In this document: positions 1 through 7,854 of the stretch, piece by piece
How the letters are laid out: each line of letters opens with the position of its first letter
How positions within the stretch are numbered: the first letter of the stretch is position 1
Assembly: GCA_027001995.1 (NCBI GenBank)
Contig: JALTLO010000072.1
Location: 1 to 18,030 of the forward strand
Source of the DNA: Planctomycetota bacterium
GTDB lineage: Bacteria > Planctomycetota > GCA-002687715 > DRQF01
Direction of reading: 5' to 3'
DNA: 18,030 nt
The notes under the pieces: generated by a model
Told to the model about the DNA's origin: nothing
The model's database searches: none
What the model saw: the letters and a program-made list of their open reading frames with translations, nothing else
Program-made: the position numbers and the translations under genes

Positions 1-62
1 TTTCTATTCTTGAGGCGATCAAGGCCGCTGGCGCCTTGCACGCGGAATTGGAGATTCGCTGA
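1..62 (+). CDS. flgI: Flagellar P-ring protein FlgI, 3' end only (gene starts upstream of the window)
   Basis: Not in the ORF track. Reading from nt 3 gives SILEAIKAAGALHAELEIR*, which matches the FlgI C-terminal signature (ILQALKAAGALxAEL). The TGA at 60-62 overlaps the next ATG (TGATG), and the position directly before flgJ is the canonical one. Confidence 0.9.
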   Translation, partial: SILEAIKAAGALHAELEIR

Positions 63-544
63 TGGTCGATGGCATTGGATCACCTCTTTCGGCTGCAAAT
101 GCCGCTCACCATCTCTCGCTTCCCCAAGGGCTGAAAGCTCCGAAAGAGGGAGCGTCTATGGATGAGATTGAACGTGTCGCCAAGCAGATGGAAGGCGTTT
201 TCTTTTCGATGTTCGTTAAGGAAATGCGAAAGACGATGACAGACGGCAGTCTCTTCGGTGATGGGCCGGGAGCTGAAACGTACGAAGGATTCTTCGACCA
301 AATGATGGGAGAGCATCTCGGTCGAAGTGGCGGTCTTGGAATTGCAGAGATGGTGGTGAGAAACACCTTACTTAGTCGCGAGAGAATCACGATTGAGGAG
401 CTGCAGGAGTCCATGGATGACCCCCAATTTGAGAAATCCAAAGGAGTAATTCCTCTGGATCAAGTGAGAGAGAACGATGATAGAACTAAAACCAAGAAGC
501 CTGAGCGAAGCGGACTCGCAGCTACTGAAAACCTGGCTGATTGA
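62..544 (+). CDS. flgJ: FlgJ-like rod-binding (rod cap) protein without a muramidase domain, 160 aa
   Basis: VAKQMEGVFFSMFVKEMRKT...LFG...YEGFFDQMMGEHL...GGLGIAEMV matches the FlgJ N-terminal rod-binding pattern. It is translationally coupled to flgI. Confidence 0.88.
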   Translation: MVDGIGSPLSAANAAHHLSLPQGLKAPKEGASMDEIERVAKQMEGVFFSMFVKEMRKTMTDGSLFGDGPGAETYEGFFDQMMGEHLGRSGGLGIAEMVVRNTLLSRERITIEELQESMDDPQFEKSKGVIPLDQVRENDDRTKTKKPERSGLAATENLAD

Positions 545-998
545 GGAGTCTGGCCTTCAGAATGAGCTTGCGGGGATGCTGTCCAATATGGAACAGCACA
601 TTGTCAAACATGATGTTGGCGCCCTCGAAGGTCATCTGGTTTCCACCTCGGACGTCCTTTCACGTATGGAGAACTTGGAGGAAAGGCGTGGGAAAATCCT
701 GAGCCATCTTCTCCGGGCGGCCAATTTGCGTGTTGGCAAGGGTGTGATTGACCGTCTTGTGGAACTGGCTCAGCCTTCCATAAGAGATGAGTTGCAGAGC
801 CTTCGTGGTGAACTCAAGACTGCCGGATACACCGTCCGGTCAAGGAGCAACCGCAATGGCCTTCTCGCACGCAACGCCATCGAGATCAACGACGAGATCG
901 TTCGCGGTCTTTTTGCCGTTGATGCCAAGGCCACGGTTTACGACCGTAATGGCGGAAAAACTCGTCACTCCGAACTCATTTTGAATCGGAGTATTTGA
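477..998 (+). CDS. flgN: Flagellar export chaperone FlgN, 173 aa
   Basis: Helical Leu/Glu-rich protein with an N(R)NGLL motif and a C-terminal YDRNG, typical of FlgN. It sits immediately upstream of flgK/flgL, its client genes. A GA-rich RBS-like tract precedes ATG 477. Confidence 0.75.
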   Translation: MIELKPRSLSEADSQLLKTWLIEESGLQNELAGMLSNMEQHIVKHDVGALEGHLVSTSDVLSRMENLEERRGKILSHLLRAANLRVGKGVIDRLVELAQPSIRDELQSLRGELKTAGYTVRSRSNRNGLLARNAIEINDEIVRGLFAVDAKATVYDRNGGKTRHSELILNRSI

Positions 999-999
999 C

Positions 1000-3327
1000 A
1001 TGTTTGGTGTTTCAAACGGAATCTCGGCTCTATCGGCCGCCAGACTCGCAATTCAGACCGTTGGCAACAACCTCGCCAATGCTACGACCCCAGGTTATTC
1101 ACGGCAACGAGTTGTGACTCAAACGGGGACCCCCACTCTGGTGGGAAGATTCTACCAAGGTGGTGGTGTCCGCGTTGGCTCTTTGGACCGAGTGACAGAC
1201 GACCTCTTGTTGAATCGTGTTCGCAACCAGACCCAGGAAGTCGCTCGGCGCAACATCGCTTTGGAGACTTTGTTGGGAGTTGAGGCGGCTTTTGGCGAAC
1301 CGAGTGAAACGGCTTTCTCGGGGCAGCTTACTTCGTTCTTTAGTAGCCTCAGCGCCCTAGCCACGTCTCCAGATGACAATGTGCAGAAAAAGGGTGTTAT
1401 TTTTGCTGGCGTTGACATTGCCGAGCAGCTCCGCCGCGTTCGAAGTGACTTGGCTAGCACTCAAAGTGGCGTTGAAGACTTGGTCGAATCGACAACGGCC
1501 AAGGTGAACTCCCTGGCTGAGTCGATTGCAGCGGTCAATGATGAAATCGCGAATACCCAAGGATTCTCCGGTGGACCTCCAGCGGCACTTCTTGATCGTC
1601 AAGGGCAACTTATTGATGAGATGTCTCAGTATGTCGACGTCGATGTTCAGCCCGCAGGAGCTGGGCGCTTGGATATCCGCGTTGGTGGCCAGATGATTGT
1701 CTCTTATGGTGGCGTCAACAAGCTCTCTGCAAGTCGCAATAGCGAAGGGGGACTTTCAGTCGCTTTAGAAGGCAGTGCCTATGAAGTTGAAGTGACAAGC
1801 GGAGAGCTGCGAGGCTATCTCGACTTGTCCAAGAGCGGTGTCGGCGAGCGCGTGAACGAACTGGACGAATTGGCATCAGCCATGATTCTCAACTTCAATC
1901 GCGTTCACAGCACGGGTGTCCCTGCTGGAGGCGGGTTTAGTAACTTGCAGTCTAGCTATCAGGTTTCAGATACAGATGGTAACGGGGTCTTGGGCGATTC
2001 GCTCATTCGCGACGCTGGGCTTCCTTTTGGGGCTCAGGCTGGCAGACTCTGGGTTTCTGTTATTGATGAAGCCACGGGAGCTATTTCGCAGACAAGCATC
2101 GACATTGATCCCAATAGCGATACAGTCCAGAGCTTCGTCAATAAACTCAGCGCCATTAGTGGGCTGAACTCCACCTTAGATGCCACTGGCCGCATCAACA
2201 TCAACGCTCAACCAGGACAAAAATTCCACTTCGGCAGTACCTTAAATACCAACCCAAATTCTGCCGGAACGTTTGGTTCTGACAGTGGTCAAATTATTGG
2301 AACATCTTCGGAACCATACGCCCTTGCCATTGGCGATAGCCTCAGCATTGCCGTAGACGGAGGCGCGGCTCAAGTTGTGACCTTCAGTGCATCTCAGTTT
2401 AATCAAGTTGGAGCCGCCACAGCGACGGAAGTAGCCGCGGCGATTCAGTCATCTTTGGTAGGCGCAACGGCCTCTGTGCAAGATGGCAAGGTCGTTATCA
2501 CGAGCGACAGCACGGGAACGACATCTCAAATTCAGATAACCGATGGTAGCGGGTCCCCAGCTTCCGCTCTTGGCTTTTCGACTGCGGCGGATACGGGTGG
2601 TCCCTTGAGCGTCAACGTGACGGTGGGTGGTGAGTATACTGGCTCCACTGATGAGACTTTGACATTTCGTCCTACGGGGGCGGGAACCATTGGGCTTACA
2701 CCTGGGCTGCAGGTCGAAGCGTTGAACTCTCAAGGGCAGGTGGTGGCCATTCTTGATGTTGGACAGGGCTATTCTCCCGATAGCGAATTGCAGGTCTTTG
2801 ATGGCATCACCATTGCATTTGGCCCTGGAAAGATCAGCCAGGCCGCTGGCGATTATGTAGAGCTCCCCGTATTCGCGGATGGGGACGATTCTGACGTCTT
2901 AGCAGCTTTCGGACTCAATGCTTTCTTCCAAGGAAGTGATGCCACGAATATTGATGTTGCTTCTTCCTTGACCGACGACCCAAACAATTTGGCTCTCGCT
3001 TTGAGTGGGTCACCATCAGACAACCGGAATGTCTTGAGGCTCCTCACTTTGCGTGATGGTGCTTTAGGTGAACTTGGTGATCGGTCAGCAGAGGAGTTCT
3101 ACAATGGAATCGTTGCTCAGGTCGGTACGAATACCAATCGCGCCGCTTTGAATTTAGAGACAGAGACTCTTCTCAAGGAGAGTTTCGAGAACCGGCTTGA
3201 GTCAGTTCGAGGTGTTTCGATCGACGAAGAGTTGGCAGATCTCCAGCGCTACGAACAAGCCTATCAGGCAGCCGCCCGCTATGTTACGGCTATTAACGAA
3301 ATGACGCAGGTCTTATACAACCTATAA
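1000..3327 (+). CDS. flgK: Hook-associated protein 1 FlgK, long form (775 aa)
   Basis: N-terminus GNNLANATTPGYSRQRV...GGGVRV...R. Internal LLDRQ and SGELRGY motifs. C-terminus RLESVRGVSIDEELADLQRYEQAYQAAAR is diagnostic for FlgK. Confidence 0.96.
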   Translation: MFGVSNGISALSAARLAIQTVGNNLANATTPGYSRQRVVTQTGTPTLVGRFYQGGGVRVGSLDRVTDDLLLNRVRNQTQEVARRNIALETLLGVEAAFGEPSETAFSGQLTSFFSSLSALATSPDDNVQKKGVIFAGVDIAEQLRRVRSDLASTQSGVEDLVESTTAKVNSLAESIAAVNDEIANTQGFSGGPPAALLDRQGQLIDEMSQYVDVDVQPAGAGRLDIRVGGQMIVSYGGVNKLSASRNSEGGLSVALEGSAYEVEVTSGELRGYLDLSKSGVGERVNELDELASAMILNFNRVHSTGVPAGGGFSNLQSSYQVSDTDGNGVLGDSLIRDAGLPFGAQAGRLWVSVIDEATGAISQTSIDIDPNSDTVQSFVNKLSAISGLNSTLDATGRININAQPGQKFHFGSTLNTNPNSAGTFGSDSGQIIGTSSEPYALAIGDSLSIAVDGGAAQVVTFSASQFNQVGAATATEVAAAIQSSLVGATASVQDGKVVITSDSTGTTSQIQITDGSGSPASALGFSTAADTGGPLSVNVTVGGEYTGSTDETLTFRPTGAGTIGLTPGLQVEALNSQGQVVAILDVGQGYSPDSELQVFDGITIAFGPGKISQAAGDYVELPVFADGDDSDVLAAFGLNAFFQGSDATNIDVASSLTDDPNNLALALSGSPSDNRNVLRLLTLRDGALGELGDRSAEEFYNGIVAQVGTNTNRAALNLETETLLKESFENRLESVRGVSIDEELADLQRYEQAYQAAARYVTAINEMTQVLYNL

Positions 3328-3337
3328 GGTAAGTGAT

Positions 3338-4768
3338 ATGCAACTTCGTGTGACACAAAATCTGATCTCAAACTCGGCAAAGAATAGGGTGCGCCAATCC
3401 TATAGTCGTTTGTTTGAGAGTCAGTTGCAGGTCTCAAGAGGCAAGAAGATCTCGACACCGAGCGATGATCCCAGCGGAATTTCGCGGCTGCTCTTTTTCC
3501 GTGAACGTCTGGGCGAACTCAATCAATTCGAAAAGAATGCCGCAGAAAGTCGTGCATTCGTGGACAGCGCCTCGTCGACTTTGCAGGAAGCTTCGGATAT
3601 TATTCAGCAGGCCCGAAGTTCGGTGATTCAAGGTTTGAATGGTACGCTGTCCCAAACTGATCGGGACACGGTGGCGATTGCCCTTGATGGCTACATCGAA
3701 GATCTCGTTTCTTTGGCCAACTCTCGAGTCGGAAATCGTTTCGTATTTGGCGGCACAGAAACCGCTTCCCCGCCCTACGAGTTGTACACGGACTCCGGCT
3801 CGCAAACGCGCGTTCGGTATAATGGCAACGATGGGCGCATCACCGCAGAAATTGGCCCCGGAGTGCGATCCAGCATTAACGTCCCTGGCTCGAAACTATT
3901 CGAGCGATCTGGAAGGGGTGCGACAAATCTTCTCGGCAATACGGGGGCAAAAGTAGGTGCGGGAACGGACAGTGGAGTTGGTGTTGATAAGTTACTCGTA
4001 ACCCAAACAGGCACGACCCTGGGGGGGGCGTCCGGCGTCACCTTGGGGACGGGCTCGAGTTCTGCGGAGACCATCATCGGAAGCCATACTTTGCAGAGCG
4101 ATGACGTTGCTCAGACGATTTCTCTGAATGGTGGCACACCGGTGAAGTACAGCGGGTCTGAGACCAATCTGGCCGTGACAGGTCCGAACGGGGAGCTCAT
4201 CCATTTGGCGACCGGTGGTATTACCGCGGGTTTCGTCGGAACGGAGACAGCCAACGGCACGGGTACTCTGTCGACTGATGGCGGTGCCACGACACAGGTG
4301 ATTGACTTTAGCAGCAATCAGCAGGTGATCGATTCTGTCACCGGCAAGACTCTGAATATCGATTCTTCGGCTATTACACAGGCTGGTACTGAGGACGTGA
4401 GTTTTTCGGGAACGCTGAACTTGTTTCAATCACTCATCGCGATTCGTGACTCCCTGAGGGATCTGGACGGCAAGAGTGATCTTGTCGCCGGACAAGATGC
4501 TATCCGGGGGTTTGTCGACGAACTTGATGCCTCCCATGATCTCTTGCTGGAAGGGTTGGGGGAGTTGGGCAGCATCTCAAATAGACTGACAAGCTCGGAA
4601 AATCGTGTTCAAGATTTGGATGTCCGCCTCCAAGAGCTAATCTCTAAGACGGAAGACGTTGATATCTCCGATGCTATCATTCAACTCCAGCAGGAAGAAG
4701 CGGCTTATCAGAGTGCTCTTCTGGTGACATCACGCATTAACAACTTGAGTCTTCTGAACTTCTTCTAG
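3338..4768 (+). CDS. flgL: Hook-associated protein 3 FlgL, long form (476 aa)
   Basis: Flagellin-like N-terminus (RVTQ...QVSRGKKISTPSDDPSG). The ANS..GNRFVFGG and YNGN motifs are typical of FlgL. C-terminus EDVDISDAI...YQSAL...SLLNFF. Follows flgK. Confidence 0.94.
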   Translation: MQLRVTQNLISNSAKNRVRQSYSRLFESQLQVSRGKKISTPSDDPSGISRLLFFRERLGELNQFEKNAAESRAFVDSASSTLQEASDIIQQARSSVIQGLNGTLSQTDRDTVAIALDGYIEDLVSLANSRVGNRFVFGGTETASPPYELYTDSGSQTRVRYNGNDGRITAEIGPGVRSSINVPGSKLFERSGRGATNLLGNTGAKVGAGTDSGVGVDKLLVTQTGTTLGGASGVTLGTGSSSAETIIGSHTLQSDDVAQTISLNGGTPVKYSGSETNLAVTGPNGELIHLATGGITAGFVGTETANGTGTLSTDGGATTQVIDFSSNQQVIDSVTGKTLNIDSSAITQAGTEDVSFSGTLNLFQSLIAIRDSLRDLDGKSDLVAGQDAIRGFVDELDASHDLLLEGLGELGSISNRLTSSENRVQDLDVRLQELISKTEDVDISDAIIQLQQEEAAYQSALLVTSRINNLSLLNFF

Positions 4769-4781
4769 AATGAATGGCCTG

Positions 4782-4811
4782 TTGACACTGGCTTTGAACT
4801 GTGGGTAAAAA
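4782..4811 (+). promoter_or_regulatory. Possible sigma70-type promoter upstream of the GNAT gene
   Basis: Perfect TTGACA at 4782-4787, then TAAAAA at 4806-4811 (18-nt spacer). The -10 match is imperfect and touches the annotated ATG. Confidence 0.3.
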
Positions 4812-5800
4812 TGTTGGCAACATTGGAAGTCTTACAACCTCGGGACTTGGATGAAGCAGCGCAGCTAATTGACCGCTGCATGCGGCCCGATTCTGAGCTT
4901 TCCATGACGGCTGACTTTCCTTTGCTGATTGGCCCGAGAGCTCGATCTCATCGTTTGATCGTCAAGGAAGGGGGACGAATTGTCTCCCATGTCGCGGCTC
5001 GAATTGGCACTGTTCGCACACCCATCGGAACACTCTTCTCTTGCGTCAATATGGGTGCGGTTTGCACGGATCCAGGCCATCGTGGTTCGGGCTTTGCCCA
5101 TCAGTTGATGGAGGAGCAGCTTCGCTACGCCCGGGATCTGGGGGTCGAGATGGCTATGCTTTGGTCCGAGGTGGATGGCTTCTACGAGAAGCACGGCTTT
5201 CACTACGCTGGCTGCGAATCGCGTTTTCTGGTCAACTCCGTCGATCTTGCTCGTGTATCGCCTTGTCTCGCGCGGTGGAGCCAGCCTGAAGATACGCATT
5301 CGTTGATCAAGATTCGCACTGAAGATGCATGTGCCATGGGGAGGCCATTTGCCGAGGCGTCAGTTCTTTTTAACCTACCTCTATCTCGGACTTTAGTAGC
5401 CAATAGAGGCGAATCGATCGAGGCCTACATTACTTATGGCAAGGGATTGGATTTTGAAGGCGCTATCTGTGAATGGGGAGGTGATGCCCAGTTGGTTGCA
5501 TCTTTGGTGAAGACTTTGACTCAGCTCCTGCATTTAGAGGCTGTTCTCATTCTGGGGCCTCGGTGGCACGATGAGTATCGCCGTGTCTTCTCCGGCATGG
5601 GCAGCTCGGAGGAAGTGGCAGACTTGGGCATGTTTGCGATCCTTAACTCCTCAGCGATGATCCAAGCGGTTGATCCCGGTCAAGAACTCGGATTGCCGAC
5701 GGATCCAGAACAACTACTCTACCGTCTGATCGGTCGACCAAGCACCCCAGAGAGAAGGAGTGTGTTGCCGTTTTACGTTTGGGGTCTTGATTCGATGTAG
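4811..5800 (+). CDS. GNAT-family N-acetyltransferase, Eis-like architecture, 329 aa
   Basis: Acetyl-CoA-binding motif A GAVCTDPGHRGSGFAHQLM (R-G-x-G-x-A) and motif B LWSEVDGFYEKHGF. A second degenerate GNAT-like half follows (AYITYGKG...EWGG). The exact start is uncertain. Confidence 0.85.
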   Translation: MLATLEVLQPRDLDEAAQLIDRCMRPDSELSMTADFPLLIGPRARSHRLIVKEGGRIVSHVAARIGTVRTPIGTLFSCVNMGAVCTDPGHRGSGFAHQLMEEQLRYARDLGVEMAMLWSEVDGFYEKHGFHYAGCESRFLVNSVDLARVSPCLARWSQPEDTHSLIKIRTEDACAMGRPFAEASVLFNLPLSRTLVANRGESIEAYITYGKGLDFEGAICEWGGDAQLVASLVKTLTQLLHLEAVLILGPRWHDEYRRVFSGMGSSEEVADLGMFAILNSSAMIQAVDPGQELGLPTDPEQLLYRLIGRPSTPERRSVLPFYVWGLDSM

Positions 5801-5805
5801 CGAAT

Positions 5806-5840
5806 GAAGCCTGCCATCTGGGTGATAGCAGGCTTCTTGT
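5806..5840. terminator. Probable intrinsic terminator hairpin between convergent genes (possibly bidirectional)
   Basis: GAAGCCTGC (5806-5814) pairs with GCAGGCTTC (5828-5836). After one mismatch the stem extends by ATC/GAT around a TGGGT loop. It is followed by TTGT on +, so the U-tail is weak. It lies between the GNAT and fliL stops. Confidence 0.65.
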
Positions 5841-5870
5841 CGTCAATGGCGTTGAGCAACCAAATAGTGG

Positions 5871-6350
5871 CTATCCCTGTATGATGAGATCATTGATCAG
5901 AAGTTTCGAGACACGGCCCATTTGTTTCGGAAATACAATGTCGTTGATGACATCGATCAGCTCCTGCTTGAAGATGAGCAGGTCAGTTCCTTTCAAGTCC
6001 TTGGCTTCTTTGCCTCGAATCCGAGTGAGTATCTCATCGCGAATTTCTTGCTGGGCGGCAGCGAACGCTTCCGTGGCAGGGCCGAAATCCTCTCCCCATT
6101 CCATGCCAATGCGATACTTGAGGTCGAAACTAAACTTCAAGATCTTGTTGTCCATGAGGTTTGTCATGATCTCCTTTTCGCCGTAAGGCATGGGGATGAC
6201 TTCTTCTTTGCTGTGGGCATAGTAGCCTTCAGTGCCCCGCATGTTTTCCATTTGTTCCTGAGTCGCAGTTGGCTCGCCCCCAGCTACGACAAAGGCTCCT
6301 ACTCCAGCTACCAAGACGACCACAACGCCGATGATGATTTTGATTTTCAT
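5871..6350 (-). CDS. fliL: Flagellar basal body-associated protein FliL, 159 aa
   Basis: Start moved from the ORF-track 6464 to ATG 6350, which has AGGAGG 4 nt upstream. Single N-terminal TM (IIIGVVVVLVAGVGAFVV), then MTNL, EIRDEIL, DL.G...K.EL...IN and a C-terminal LIIQ typical of FliL. Lies downstream of motB. Confidence 0.88.
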   Translation of the reverse strand: MKIKIIIGVVVVLVAGVGAFVVAGGEPTATQEQMENMRGTEGYYAHSKEEVIPMPYGEKEIMTNLMDNKILKFSFDLKYRIGMEWGEDFGPATEAFAAAQQEIRDEILTRIRGKEAKDLKGTDLLIFKQELIDVINDIVFPKQMGRVSKLLINDLIIQG

Positions 6351-6358
6351 GTTTCCTC

Positions 6359-7084
6359 CTAGTTCTTCTGCGGTATGAAATACATAACCACAATTCGCCT
6401 GCCCAATCTGTCTTGTTGGAGCCGATCTGGGTGACGCTCCCTTCCAGCGCCTCCCGAACCCCAACCCCGGGTCACGATGTTTTTGTTTTCGATGCCATAT
6501 TTGCGATTGAAGTATTTTGCCACGCTGAGCGCTCGCTCTGCAGCTATGCTCGTGGTCTCTCGTTTTCCTTGGCCCTCTTCATAGGCGAATCCTTCCAGAC
6601 GAATCTTGAGGTCCTTTCCCTGAAGGAGCTTGGCGATGACGTCAAGAGTCTCTCTGTGATCGCCACTCAACTCTGTATCGCGACGACCGAAGATCAAAAC
6701 TACAGGGACCCTTGTTTCCTTCTTTTTGACCAAGTGATTCTTGACGACGTCGCGAAGTTTGTCGCGGTTAAGATCTGAGACGCGGCCTTCTTCATCGGTG
6801 AGGAACTCGTCGTTGATAGCTCCAACCGGCCGATAGCGCGCACGCTTTGCCCCTAAGTCGATGGGATAACGCGAACCGGGCAAAACACCAGGAAGCCCCA
6901 TGGCGTTAACGGAGCTCTGAAACGATCCAATACCGTCGGAAACAAATCCTGCCTGGCGCTCTCGTGAGTAAGAGCACAAGAGAATGAAGAAGGTCAACAT
7001 AATTGTCATCATGTCGCCGAATGACACCATGTAAAGAGGAGCGCCATCTAAGGACTCATCAACTGGAGCTTTTGGTGCGGCCAT
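6359..7084 (-). CDS. motB: Flagellar stator B subunit, second paralogue (MotB/PomB family), 241 aa
   Basis: TM segment YMVSFGDMMTIMLTFFILL with the conserved Asp (D24). Degenerate OmpA-like C-terminal domain (LEGFAY, AAERALSV, GWG, GRRIVV). Confidence 0.88.
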   Translation of the reverse strand: MAAPKAPVDESLDGAPLYMVSFGDMMTIMLTFFILLCSYSRERQAGFVSDGIGSFQSSVNAMGLPGVLPGSRYPIDLGAKRARYRPVGAINDEFLTDEEGRVSDLNRDKLRDVVKNHLVKKKETRVPVVLIFGRRDTELSGDHRETLDVIAKLLQGKDLKIRLEGFAYEEGQGKRETTSIAAERALSVAKYFNRKYGIENKNIVTRGWGSGGAGRERHPDRLQQDRLGRRIVVMYFIPQKN

Positions 7085-7849
7085 CTAACGCTCCCTCTTC
7101 TCTTCAAAGATCTCGTCTTTCCACGCCGGTAGGATGCGCAATTCGATGCGCCGATTCTTGAAACGATCAATAGGGCTTTCGTTGTTGTTGAGAGGAAAGT
7201 AGTCTCCCATGGGGGTAGCACACACACGCTCGGGAGTCATGCCTTCGTCGATCAGAACTGAAGCAGCACTCAGTGCCATGCCTAAGGTGAGCGTCCTCGG
7301 ATCTTCCCCCTTCACCTCTGGGGTTCTAGAGTCGACATGGGTTTCGACAGATATGCGCACAGAAAGATCGCGAAACATCTTGGCGATTTCGCGCAAATGC
7401 ATTTTTGTTCGGCGATTGAGTTTGTCGCTCCCCAAGACGTAGAGCTCGTCCAAGCCTGATGTGGTTAGGCTAATGAGAACGCCTTTGTCCAGGTCTTTAG
7501 ATTCGATAGGAATCTTGAATTTTGTCCGGTCTTGAACGCGCTTGTTGATAGCGTCATTGATTTGTGATTTGCGAATGGACGGATCTGTGACACCGTCTCG
7601 CTCTCGTTTCCTGAATTTGATTTGGTTGGAGGATTGAATTTCTGTGTGCTCGGGTGTCCCTTTGCCCCCGGCCACGCCGAACGCGCCGGCAAGGGATCCT
7701 TGAACTTGGTTGAGTTTCTCTTCTTCCATCGAAGAGAACGTCAGGATCATGATAAAGAACGTGAGGAGCAGTGAGATCATGTCGGTAAACGTCACGATCC
7801 ACATCGGTGCCCCTTTAGGACGTTCAAATTCTTGTTCCGGAGCAGCCAT
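7085..7849 (-). CDS. motB: Flagellar stator B subunit, first paralogue (MotB/PomB family), 254 aa
   Basis: TM segment WIVTFTDMISLLLTFFIMIL with the conserved Asp (D23). Plug-like segment GSLAGAFG. OmpA-like domain VETHVD...G.YFP...N...R.KNRRIEL. Confidence 0.9.
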   Translation of the reverse strand: MAAPEQEFERPKGAPMWIVTFTDMISLLLTFFIMILTFSSMEEEKLNQVQGSLAGAFGVAGGKGTPEHTEIQSSNQIKFRKRERDGVTDPSIRKSQINDAINKRVQDRTKFKIPIESKDLDKGVLISLTTSGLDELYVLGSDKLNRRTKMHLREIAKMFRDLSVRISVETHVDSRTPEVKGEDPRTLTLGMALSAASVLIDEGMTPERVCATPMGDYFPLNNNESPIDRFKNRRIELRILPAWKDEIFEEKRER

Positions 7850-7854
7850 AGTTC

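Noticed and set aside
3338..4768. Flagellin (fliC) call
   Set aside because: The position after flgK and the GNRFVFGG/YNGN and SLLNFF motifs fit FlgL.
6351..6464. ORF-track N-terminal extension of fliL
   Set aside because: It overlaps the motB 3' end. ATG 6350 has a strong AGGAGG and puts the TM helix at the N-terminus, as expected for FliL.
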